Below, piece after piece: positions 9,049 to 17,316 of a DNA stretch of 30,665 nt. The notes beneath the pieces were generated by a model. The model searched no databases. It was not told where the DNA came from and saw only the letters and a program-made list of their open reading frames with translations. A program made the translations under genes and the position numbers. How positions within the stretch are numbered: the stretch's first letter is position 1; every line of letters begins with the position of its first letter. Source of the stretch: a virus (Duplodnaviria > Caudoviricetes); IMG/VR virus record IMGVR_UViG_3300025018_000412, positions 1 to 30,665 of that record. The stretch is one strand, 5' to 3'.

Positions 9049-11990
9049 TCTGGTTCACCCTCGCACTATTTCTCGTCTCGTTTATCATCACTGCTCTGCT
9101 TGCCCCCAAGCCTGAGTTCGAGAACGCGAGGGCTGACCAACTCGACGATGTTCAGTTTCCACAGGCGACAGAGAATGCTCCCATTCCTCTCGTCCTTGGG
9201 CAAGTTCGCCTGAACGGACCGAACACTCTCTGGTATGGTGATTTCGAAGCTGTTCCCATTACGCAGAAAGTCAAGACTGGCCTGTTCAGTTCGAAGCGTG
9301 TCATCATTGGTCACTCTTACTATCTTGGATTGGATATGGGGCTTTGCCTTGGCCCGAATGTCGATCTGCGCGAGATTTATATCGATGACGAACTCGCATG
9401 GTCTGGAACAACCGGTGGCGTGAACGAAGTCACGATCAACGTCAACCAAGGCAGTCTCTTTGGTGGTTACAAAGAAGGAGGCGGCTGGACAAGCACTGGT
9501 AAGTTCTACGGCGGGGATTTCACCCAAAGTGTGGACAGCTATCTTGAAAGCCAGATCGGCGTTGGTGATGTTCCAGCATACAACGGCCTCAGCCACATCG
9601 TATTCAACAAGGCTTACATCGGCGAGAGCGCTCAGCTTCGCAAGATGGCTTTCGTTCTCGAAAGCTACACCAACTCTCTCGGTCTCCCCGACAATGGAAC
9701 CTGCAACGGTGGCAAAGATATGAACGTTGCTGAGGCGATCTACCAGATCATGGTCGATCCTTGGCGCGGACTTGGTGTTGCTGTCGGTGACATCGATATC
9801 ACAGCCCTGCAACAAATCGGTGTTGTACTGCACGCCGAGCAGAATGGTTGCTCTGTTCTCGTCACCAGCGAGTCAGATGGCAAACGCCTCATCACAGAGT
9901 TGCTTCGCCAGATCGATGCTATCATGTATCAAGATCCTGACACTGGCAAGGTCACAATGTCGCTCATCCGTGACGACTATGTGATTGACGATCTACCTAT
10001 CTTCGATGAGAATGACATTCTCGAAGTGAAAAGCTTCACTCGTACATCGTGGGACGAAGTTCAGGCCCAAGTGAAGGTCACCTTCCCGCAGCGTGATCGT
10101 GATAGTGAAGCGGTGGCTATCTCTCAAGACATGGCAGTCATCGCCACGATTGGTCGTCTTCGGTCCACCACCTTGGGCTTCCCGTTCGTCTATGATCCTG
10201 ATTTGGCAAACGCAATCGCATCTCGTGAACGCTCTCAGCGTTCTGTTCCTTTGTTCAGAGCAACTCTGGAAGTCAATCGGAATGCGAACAAACTTCGTCC
10301 GGGCCAGCCTTTCCGGTTCTCGTGGCCCGACTACGGTATCATCGATCTCGTGATGCGTGTGCAACGGTTTGACCTTGGTTCTCTCACCAAGGGAAAAATC
10401 GTCATTGAAGCACTGCAAGATCGTTTCGCACTGAGCGATGTCGTGTTCGCTTCTCCGCAAACGAGCAACTGGGTCAACGTGACCTACAGCCCTGTCGATA
10501 TCGTCACGTCCAGAATTGTTCAAATGCCGAGGTTCTTCACCAGCAAGCTGGGAACTCCGATCGACAAATCGATGTACGGAACTCTGGCTGTTGCTGTGAA
10601 ACCCTCGAACGCTTCGGTTGCTTATTCGGCGCATGTACAAGAGCCTGGAGAAGCGATTGCTGATGGGTCGCTCGAACCAGCCAGCATTTTCTATTCTGGT
10701 TCTGGTTTGCTGACATCTGCATATCCGAAATCCGCTGGCTTTGCATCTGGTCTCGATGCAACTGGTTTCGCACTGAATAGCGTATCTGGAGACTTCATCG
10801 GTGCTACGACTGCTGAGGTGAAGAACGACTTCGTCAATATCGTTCTCGTTGATGACGAGTTCATGGCTTTTGAGAGTGCGGTCGATGGAGGCAGCGGCAA
10901 CTGGACCCTGACGAATGTCTATCGTGGTCTTTTCGGGAGCCAGATCGCTGCTCACTCCTTGGGCGCTCGTGTGTACTCTGTGCCTGTTGAGGCCTTCGGT
11001 GATGGGAACTTGTCTTTCATCACCGGTGGAAACTACAACTTCCGTCTTCTCGATACGGCTGGTGGTGTGACCCAAGTGCCGGAGGAAATTACTCCTCAGG
11101 TCGTGAATGTCAGTTCTGCTAACAACATCAACGACAAGCCTGTTCGTCCGGGCTATGTTCAATTGAATGGAACTCGGACGTACAATCCAGTCATCACGTC
11201 TCTCGTCGCACTTCCGTTGACTTGGAGACCGAGAGACTATCGCGTGCTTCCAGTGACGTTCGAAGATGGTGCTGCTGAAACTCCTGCTTGGAGCGAAAGC
11301 TACGAGATTGATGTTTTCGTTGGTGGCATGAGAAACGCAACTCTGTCTGGAACAGTTGGGGCTGGAGTGTTGACTTATAATATTCCGTTCAATGCTACGG
11401 TAATCAACAATGATGACACTGAAATTCGTGTTCGTCCTGTTGATGTCACTAACACGAAGACAGGTCTGCTCTACGCTTCTTACCCTATCCGTCTGCGTCA
11501 GACCACCTACGCTATGGTCTTCACCAATCCTGGAGCAGAGACTGGTGTGACTGGCTGGACCTCGTCGCTTGGGACCCTTATCTCGAGGACGAGTTCTGGT
11601 GGCTACCCTGCGGCTCATGGTGGAACCAACTTCTTTGCATTCTCGAACAACTCCAATGGTCTGGCATATCAAGACGTCGCTGTTCCGGTCGGAGCATACG
11701 GAGTTGTCGATGGTGGGAGTGCTATCGTTCAGTTGAGTTACTGGCAAGCTGCCTATGCTCTCAACAATGATAAAGGTCGCATTGATCTGGAATACTTCGA
11801 TGGTGGAATGGTATCCTTGGGGACTGTCACGAACGCTGATAATTCTCCTGGAGCAGTCTTCACCAACTATCTTATCTCTGGGACTATTCCTGCAAACACC
11901 AGAACGATCCGTGTCAAGCTGGTCGGAACCTTTGTGACTGGTTCCGCATGTGATGCGCTGTTCGATGACATAAGTGGACTTATCGCATGA
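9045..11990 (+). CDS. Central tail tip / host-specificity protein (GTA-like, Phage-tail_3) with C-terminal beta-sandwich
   Basis: 981 aa. Hydrophobic N-terminus, FPQATENAPIPLVLG, VPAYNGLSHIVF and LTNVYRGLFGS motifs; C-terminal ~160 aa (FTNPGAETGVTGW...DALFDDI) resembles a carbohydrate-binding module. Confidence 0.8.
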   Translation: MIWFTLALFLVSFIITALLAPKPEFENARADQLDDVQFPQATENAPIPLVLGQVRLNGPNTLWYGDFEAVPITQKVKTGLFSSKRVIIGHSYYLGLDMGLCLGPNVDLREIYIDDELAWSGTTGGVNEVTINVNQGSLFGGYKEGGGWTSTGKFYGGDFTQSVDSYLESQIGVGDVPAYNGLSHIVFNKAYIGESAQLRKMAFVLESYTNSLGLPDNGTCNGGKDMNVAEAIYQIMVDPWRGLGVAVGDIDITALQQIGVVLHAEQNGCSVLVTSESDGKRLITELLRQIDAIMYQDPDTGKVTMSLIRDDYVIDDLPIFDENDILEVKSFTRTSWDEVQAQVKVTFPQRDRDSEAVAISQDMAVIATIGRLRSTTLGFPFVYDPDLANAIASRERSQRSVPLFRATLEVNRNANKLRPGQPFRFSWPDYGIIDLVMRVQRFDLGSLTKGKIVIEALQDRFALSDVVFASPQTSNWVNVTYSPVDIVTSRIVQMPRFFTSKLGTPIDKSMYGTLAVAVKPSNASVAYSAHVQEPGEAIADGSLEPASIFYSGSGLLTSAYPKSAGFASGLDATGFALNSVSGDFIGATTAEVKNDFVNIVLVDDEFMAFESAVDGGSGNWTLTNVYRGLFGSQIAAHSLGARVYSVPVEAFGDGNLSFITGGNYNFRLLDTAGGVTQVPEEITPQVVNVSSANNINDKPVRPGYVQLNGTRTYNPVITSLVALPLTWRPRDYRVLPVTFEDGAAETPAWSESYEIDVFVGGMRNATLSGTVGAGVLTYNIPFNATVINNDDTEIRVRPVDVTNTKTGLLYASYPIRLRQTTYAMVFTNPGAETGVTGWTSSLGTLISRTSSGGYPAAHGGTNFFAFSNNSNGLAYQDVAVPVGAYGVVDGGSAIVQLSYWQAAYALNNDKGRIDLEYFDGGMVSLGTVTNADNSPGAVFTNYLISGTIPANTRTIRVKLVGTFVTGSACDALFDDISGLIA

Positions 11991-12223
11991 CCGAAGAAGA
12001 AATGAACAATCGCTTCATGCACCGTCGGCGCATTGCTCAGTGGAGTTTTGCGTTGATGAGCCTCACTCTTCTTGGGCTGATCGTGTTTGCACTTATCAGC
12101 GATGGGAATGCCCAAAGAGTCGCGAATATACAGTGGCTCATCGGAACCGAAGCAGGTCTGTGGTCGACATTGACGCTGGGCTATTATGCCGCAGCAAGCT
12201 ATGAGCAGGGAACGGCAAAGTGA
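11987..12223 (+). CDS. Small two-TM membrane protein, holin candidate
   Basis: 78 aa; basic N-terminus (HRRR) followed by two hydrophobic segments; ATGA-coupled to the tail gene and first gene of the lysis region. Confidence 0.55.
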   Translation: MTEEEMNNRFMHRRRIAQWSFALMSLTLLGLIVFALISDGNAQRVANIQWLIGTEAGLWSTLTLGYYAAASYEQGTAK

Positions 12224-12244
12224 GAGCGCATAGGGACGTCCAGG

Positions 12245-12369
12245 AACGCCGTTGTGGTGTGGCGGGTGGTAGGGTAGCGGCAAGGGGCGGCAAGCCCTGC
12301 CCTGCCCTGCCCTATGGCCGCGCTGCTTGCCCTGTTACCCATGCCCCGCCCACCAGCGCGTCCACAGAG
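12245..12369. repeat. GC-rich dispersed element copy A (imperfect inverted repeat, (GCCCT)x4 core)
   Basis: Intergenic, with a G-rich 5' half and C-rich 3' half. Ends in CCAGCGCGTCCACAGAG (12353-12369), identical to 26865-26881. Confidence 0.7.
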
Positions 12370-12388
12370 GTCGTAGAAAGGTATTCAC

Positions 12389-12730
12389 ATGCTCTCTAGG
12401 GTTGTGCTAAAGGACATTTTGCCGTATATCATCATTATCGCTGCGCTCGTGGGAGCGTATTTCTATATTCGGCACGTTGCCTACAACGATGGTGTTGCAG
12501 ACACGACGCTGAAATATGAAAATGCAATCCAAGATGAGCGTGAGCGTCTCTCAGCTGCGAACGAAGCAGCACTCAGGGAAGCCCGCGCTAAGGAAGCAGA
12601 ACTGAACCGGCTACTGAGAGAAAGAGATGCAACAATATCTCAACTTGAAAACGAGGCCAATTCGGATCCTGATGCAACTCGCCCCGCTATCTCTGTTGAT
12701 GGCGTGCAGCGGCTCAATCGGATCCGTTGA
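12389..12730 (+). CDS. i-spanin (Rz-like)
   Basis: N-terminal TM (ILPYIIIIAALVGAYFYI) then a coiled-coil region; overlapped at its 3' end by a lipoprotein ORF. Confidence 0.8.
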   Translation: MLSRVVLKDILPYIIIIAALVGAYFYIRHVAYNDGVADTTLKYENAIQDERERLSAANEAALREARAKEAELNRLLRERDATISQLENEANSDPDATRPAISVDGVQRLNRIR

Positions 12731-12941
12731 ACCTCCCAAGCTGGCACCACCACCAGACTCTCTTATCGTGCCTTGCGCTCGTCCTGTTTTGCTGCCGAAC
12801 CATGTACTTTCGCAGTCCGAAGCTGAGACCTACTGGGTCCGCGATCGGGCAAATCTGATCACCTGCGGGGAACGTCATCAGGCTCAAACAAAGTTCTACC
12901 AATCCCGCGACTCCAAAGTAACGGGAGACAAAATTGACTGA
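12627..12941 (+). CDS. o-spanin (Rz1-like lipoprotein)
   Basis: Lipobox LLMA-C followed by a Pro-rich segment (EPPKLAPPPDSLIVPCARP); +1 frame overlap with the i-spanin. The exact start codon is uncertain. Confidence 0.8.
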   Translation: MQQYLNLKTRPIRILMQLAPLSLLMACSGSIGSVEPPKLAPPPDSLIVPCARPVLLPNHVLSQSEAETYWVRDRANLITCGERHQAQTKFYQSRDSKVTGDKID

Positions 12942-13182
12942 TGAGCAGCGCATAAGAGACCTCGAGCGTGAACTCGAGGCCGAACGTAAGGCGGCGACAA
13001 AGCTGGAAGCCCACCTTCGAGAACTGGAAGGTCGGTTCGATAAATATGTCAATGAGCAAAAAGAACTCGAGGCACGCCGCCTGAGGACTGCTCTCATTTG
13101 GTCGGGCGGGATCATCCTTGCTTTGGGCAGTTTCATCTTCAGTGAGGTGATCTGGCCTGTCATAAAAGCGGGGAAACCATGA
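12934..13182 (+). CDS. Coiled-coil protein with single C-terminal TM (holin/antiholin-like or unknown)
   Basis: 82 aa with TTG start after GGAG; coiled coil followed by ALIWSGGIILALGSFIF. Confidence 0.55.
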   Translation: MTDEQRIRDLERELEAERKAATKLEAHLRELEGRFDKYVNEQKELEARRLRTALIWSGGIILALGSFIFSEVIWPVIKAGKP

Positions 13183-13709
13183 CGATGAACCAAGTATTCA
13201 GAGCGGCTCAGTACACCATTCTCTTCATGGTGACAATTATCATCTTTGTGGTTGGACCAAGAATAGAGCCAATCTTATTCCCAGTGGTGACAAAATTCGA
13301 AATTCCCGCAGATGGTATTCACCGCATGTCTGATGGATCTGCTCAGATCTCAGGTGTGTTGATCAAAGCCAGAGGAGAGTGTGAACCTGTCAAAGGATCG
13401 TTGACTGTGTTCACTGATGAGTTTACGAATTCATCTGATAATCCGGCGAAATCTGTTCTGGTGAGTTTCGAGCCGAAGGTTGAATGGTACACTCGTCCCG
13501 CTGGTTCTCAATATTTTGGACCGTGGACCCTCACGCCTCCAGGTCCTCCTCTTGGGCCTTCACTGATCATACGAATTCGCCACCGCTGCCACTCATTCTG
13601 GGAAACAGAAACAACTCTCTACACTGGCCTGACGAGTGATTTCTTCACAGAAACTGAAATCACTGGAAAAGCCCCTTGGGAAATAGGAGATCGACGTGAC
13701 CACGATTAA
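13179..13709 (+). CDS. Hypothetical membrane-anchored periplasmic protein
   Basis: 176 aa with an N-terminal TM and two Cys; ATGA-coupled to the upstream gene inside the lysis cassette. Confidence 0.6.
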   Translation: MTMNQVFRAAQYTILFMVTIIIFVVGPRIEPILFPVVTKFEIPADGIHRMSDGSAQISGVLIKARGECEPVKGSLTVFTDEFTNSSDNPAKSVLVSFEPKVEWYTRPAGSQYFGPWTLTPPGPPLGPSLIIRIRHRCHSFWETETTLYTGLTSDFFTETEITGKAPWEIGDRRDHD

Positions 13710-14508
13710 CTTTCAAACCTGCACCGACTGGGCGTTGATCCATGAAGGTGGGTATGTCAATCACCCAAAGGATCCTGGAGGCGCTACGAACAAGGGTGTG
13801 ATCCAGCGCACCTATGACGGATATCGCGATCGTATTGGGAAGCCTCGTCAGTCGGTACGCAACATCACGATGGCCGAGGTCATGGACATCTACAAGAGCC
13901 AGTATTGGGATCTCATCAATGGAGATGCCCTGCCTTCTGGTCTCGATTATGCGATGTACGACTTCTCTATCAACTCGGGCGTGTCTCGTGCTGTGAAGTT
14001 CCTTCAAGAGATCCTCGGCGTGAAAGTCGACGGTATCATGGGCAACGGAACTCTCGGCGCTATCCAGCGTCGGAACGATATCAGCGGCCTGATCCAGGAA
14101 CTGTGTCTCAAACGCTGGAACTGGATGAAACGGCTCAGCACCTTCTCCACTTTCGGCAAGGGTTGGACTCGTCGTGTGATGGGCGATATCGTCGAGGGTG
14201 TGCAGGCTGGCAAAGATCATGGCGTCATCGATCGCGCTGTGTATCTGTTCGAAGGCCAGAGCAACATCGCTGCTCCGCTGATGGCTGCTCCGGGCAAGGC
14301 AGAGGACGAGGATATCACCGCAGTCGCTGCCTTCAAGGAAGATCTCAGCATGGACAGTATCGCTAAGGTCGGGACTGGTATTGTTCCCGGTGCGATCGCC
14401 TCTGCGACTGCTCTTCCTGAAGGACCGCTCCAGTGGGCGGCTGCTGCGATCGGCATCATTGCGGCGCTGGTGGTGGCCTATGTGGTGGTCAAGAAGTTTG
14501 TTAAGTAG
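13696..14508 (+). CDS. Endolysin, glycoside hydrolase family 108 with PG-binding domain
   Basis: HEGGYVNHPKDPGGATNKGV catalytic motif; DFSINSGVSRAVKFLQ, VDGIMGNGTL and FGKGWTRRV; GTG start after AGGAG; hydrophobic C-terminal tail. Confidence 0.92.
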   Translation: MTTINFQTCTDWALIHEGGYVNHPKDPGGATNKGVIQRTYDGYRDRIGKPRQSVRNITMAEVMDIYKSQYWDLINGDALPSGLDYAMYDFSINSGVSRAVKFLQEILGVKVDGIMGNGTLGAIQRRNDISGLIQELCLKRWNWMKRLSTFSTFGKGWTRRVMGDIVEGVQAGKDHGVIDRAVYLFEGQSNIAAPLMAAPGKAEDEDITAVAAFKEDLSMDSIAKVGTGIVPGAIASATALPEGPLQWAAAAIGIIAALVVAYVVVKKFVK

Positions 14509-14770
14509 TGTCAAGTGATGTCAAGTGATGTCAGAGACAAAGTGTCAAGTGACTGTAAACATTGCCAAATAAGTCCACTGACATCACTTGCGCTACTTGC
14601 AGCACTGCCCACGGGTTGCCAGCCTTCCGCCGTTTTACCGTAACCATCATTTTAGTATTGTAAGTATAGTAAGTATAGTCAGAGAGGGGTAAGATACTGT
14701 AAACAAAGGCTAAACTGTGACATCACTTACTTCGGTCTTGAAGTCCCCAGTGATGTCAAGTGAAGTCAGT
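14509..14770. repeat. Iteron-like array of AAGTGATGTCA repeats (direct and inverted), putative origin/operator region
   Basis: AAGTGATGTCA at 14513 and 14523; reverse complement TGACATCACTT at 14579 and 14718; AGTGATGTCA at 14749; AAGTGAAGTCA at 14758; central AT-rich (GTAAGTATA)x2 at 14660-14677. Confidence 0.75.
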
Positions 14771-14779
14771 GAGTTTCGC

Positions 14780-14808
14780 TTGTCACTTGGGCTGGCACCC
14801 GCTATAAT
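14780..14808 (+). promoter_or_regulatory. sigma70-type promoter
   Basis: TTGTCA-N17-TATAAT, 21 nt upstream of the helicase ATG, which has an AAGGAG RBS. Confidence 0.85.
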
Positions 14809-14829
14809 GGTCGTAGAAAAGGAGCACAT

Positions 14830-16302
14830 ATGTTAGATGTAGAAAATTATCCGCACGTCATCGATCCCTTCAAGCATCAGCTTGAGCATCTCGAGAAGCA
14901 TGTGCGTGAAAAGTCGTGGGGTCTGCTCTGGGAGCAGGGCACGGCCAAAACCAAGCCGATCATCGATACGGCTGCAATCCTTTATGACAATGGCGAGATC
15001 GATGGTCTCCTCGTTGTTGCTCCTCCTGGAGTTGAGCGCAACTGGAACACTGACGAGATACCGAAGCACATGCCTCCGGAACTCGCTCTCGATGTGCGCG
15101 TGCAAGTGTTCAGCACTGCCCGCAAGGCGACGCAGGCTCACAAGCGGGCAATGAACAGCCTGTTCACCCACGACGGTTTGTCCGTGCTGCTGATCAGCTA
15201 CAACGGGTTCATGACCAAAGAAGGTAAGGAACTCGTCTGGAAATTCTTGCAGAAACGCAAGTGCTTGTACGTTCTCGACGAAGCCCACAACATCAAGACG
15301 CCCAATGCGAAGCGGACAAAGAGCATTGTCGCTTCCGGCAAGTATGCGAAGTTCCGTCGTATCCTCACTGGAACTCCTGTCGCCATTGGGCCGTTCGACG
15401 TTTACAGTCAAGTCAGGTTCCTGGACGAGTATTTCTGGAAGAACCGCGGTATCCACGGAACAGTTGAGTTTCGCAACTTCTTTGGCCGTTGGTTCACTGC
15501 TGCCGAATGCAAGGCGTTGCATGGCTATGATCCCGGCTATGACAAGCTGATCGAATACCAGAACCTCGACAAGCTGTACGAATGGCTGAACGAGATCACT
15601 GACCGAGTGCTGAAAGACGATGTGCTCGATCTCCCGCCGAAGCTGTATCAGAAACGCTATTTTGAGGCATCTCGCGAAATGCGTGCGGCGTACGAGCAGC
15701 TTCAAGATGAACTGATGCTCGAGATCGGTGACCATCTTATCACTGCCGAACTTCCAATCGTCAAGCAGCTTCGTCTCCAGCAGATCGCCTGCAACTACAT
15801 TCCGGTAGGCGATGAAGAGCCTGTGCATATGTTCTCGGACAAGAACCCTCGCATGACAGCGATGGAACAAATCCGTGACGAGACCTATCATCCCGGCATC
15901 ATTTGGGCACGCTTCACCCATGACATCGATCAGCTGATGGACCTCTTGGGCAAGTCTGCTGTTCGCTACGATGGCAAGGTCGATCAGGATCAATCTGAGC
16001 GGAACAAGCTGGCCTTTCAGCGTGGCGATGTGCAGTGGTTCGTCGGGAATGCCCAAAAGGGCGGCTCCGGTCTGACGCTGACAAACGCCAAGACGATGGT
16101 CTACTATTCGAACTCGTTCCGCCTGCTGGATCGCCTCCAGTCTGAGGATCGCGCCCACCGTGGCGGCATGGACGAGCATCCGGTCAACTACATCGATATC
16201 ATGAGCGACTTTGAGATCGATGACCACATTGTCACGAATCTACGCAGCAAGAAAGACGTTGCAGCTGAGATCCTCGGTGACGCTCTCAATGAGTGGATCT
16301 AA
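14830..16302 (+). CDS. SNF2-family (SF2) helicase
   Basis: Walker A variant WEQGTAKT, DEAH box, motif III LTGTP, and C-terminal GGSGLTL...QSEDRAHR. Confidence 0.9.
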   Translation: MLDVENYPHVIDPFKHQLEHLEKHVREKSWGLLWEQGTAKTKPIIDTAAILYDNGEIDGLLVVAPPGVERNWNTDEIPKHMPPELALDVRVQVFSTARKATQAHKRAMNSLFTHDGLSVLLISYNGFMTKEGKELVWKFLQKRKCLYVLDEAHNIKTPNAKRTKSIVASGKYAKFRRILTGTPVAIGPFDVYSQVRFLDEYFWKNRGIHGTVEFRNFFGRWFTAAECKALHGYDPGYDKLIEYQNLDKLYEWLNEITDRVLKDDVLDLPPKLYQKRYFEASREMRAAYEQLQDELMLEIGDHLITAELPIVKQLRLQQIACNYIPVGDEEPVHMFSDKNPRMTAMEQIRDETYHPGIIWARFTHDIDQLMDLLGKSAVRYDGKVDQDQSERNKLAFQRGDVQWFVGNAQKGGSGLTLTNAKTMVYYSNSFRLLDRLQSEDRAHRGGMDEHPVNYIDIMSDFEIDDHIVTNLRSKKDVAAEILGDALNEWI

Positions 16303-16640
16303 TGACAGTCTACGCAGTCCAGCAACAAATGCGTTTCGATCAAGTGAGCAAGGAACTCGTTCCTCGCTTCACTTCGATCAACAAGGCGCTGAAGTGGGGC
16401 ACCATCGTCTATCTCCTCTCACCATCAGCGCACCCGTTCAACCCCGACCTCGTGTTGGGCGATATGCACGAAAAACTGTCTGGCTTCGATGACCGTGATC
16501 ATCTTCTTCTGATCGGCAATCCTGGATTGATCGGAATGGCGACGACGATTGCTGCTCATTACAACGGCGGTTCAGTGAAGCTTCTTCAGTGGAGTGGACG
16601 ACATAATGAGTACACCGAGATTGTCGCGAAGATATATTAA
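16302..16640 (+). CDS. Hypothetical protein
   Basis: ATG 16302 is coupled to the helicase TAA; 112 aa with normal codon usage. Confidence 0.7.
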   Translation: MTVYAVQQQMRFDQVSKELVPRFTSINKALKWGTIVYLLSPSAHPFNPDLVLGDMHEKLSGFDDRDHLLLIGNPGLIGMATTIAAHYNGGSVKLLQWSGRHNEYTEIVAKIY

Positions 16641-16642
16641 GG

Positions 16643-16671
16643 TTGTCTTTTGCGCGGGGGCGGGGCATACT
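16643..16671 (+). promoter_or_regulatory. sigma70-type promoter
   Basis: TTGTCT-N17-CATACT in the intergenic gap; shares the GTTGTCTTTTG start with the promoter at 23376. Confidence 0.65.
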
Positions 16672-16700
16672 GCAAAGGCTGATAAAAGGGGGCTACCCAG

Positions 16701-17249
16701 ATGCAAGACGACTATGCGGCTTTCCGCGATGACAAACCTTCCGACAATCTGACTGCTGTATTACGCACGCTTGCCGACGAATATCTGGCGGCAGAAGCAG
16801 AGGTTGCTCGCATCGAGGCTGAGTTGGAAGTTGCCAAAACCAACCTGAAAGACATTGCAGAGAACCGCATTCCGCAGGCGACCGACGGTATGGAAGGCAA
16901 GTTCAACCTCGGCGATGGGCGTGAACTTCAGATCAAGGAAGAGATCCGCTCCAGCATCGCTGGCGAGAAGCGTGAGCCTGCTATCAAGTGGCTCGATGAA
17001 CACGGCTATGGTCACATCGTGAAGCGCGAAATCGTGTTCGAGTTCCCCAAGGGAGACGAGGCTCGCAGCAAGGCGTTCGTCGAAGCTGTCCAGAAGCTGG
17101 GAATGCCCTTGGTCATGAAGAGCAATTTCTCTGTCCACCACGCAACGCTCAACTCTTGGGTCAAAGAACGCCTTGGTGAAGGTGATGCTCTGCCCAATGA
17201 GACGTTCGGCATTTTCCGCCAACGCACTGCGAAAGTGAAAGACCTGTAA
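16701..17249 (+). CDS. Conserved phage replication-module protein of unknown function
   Basis: 182 aa; N-terminal coiled coil, AIKWLDEHGYGHIVK and VHHATLNSWVKE motifs; immediately upstream of the SSB-like gene. Confidence 0.7.
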   Translation: MQDDYAAFRDDKPSDNLTAVLRTLADEYLAAEAEVARIEAELEVAKTNLKDIAENRIPQATDGMEGKFNLGDGRELQIKEEIRSSIAGEKREPAIKWLDEHGYGHIVKREIVFEFPKGDEARSKAFVEAVQKLGMPLVMKSNFSVHHATLNSWVKERLGEGDALPNETFGIFRQRTAKVKDL

Positions 17250-17316
17250 TCCTGTCACCTAGGATAGTGGTGAGTGTGGAGTGCATCTCCAGTAACTATA
17301 GCCGAAAGGAGCCATC

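Noticed and set aside
9993-11747. Long minus-strand ORFs (584 aa here; also 14833-16227, 19931-21484, 27784-29085, 6725-7765)
   Set aside because: They are antisense shadows of well-supported + strand genes, arising from rarity of TTA/CTA/TCA codons in the sense frame. The translations show no recognisable motifs.
14509-14770. Possible CRISPR array
   Set aside because: Repeats are only 10-11 bp, occur in both orientations, are irregularly spaced, and no cas genes are present.
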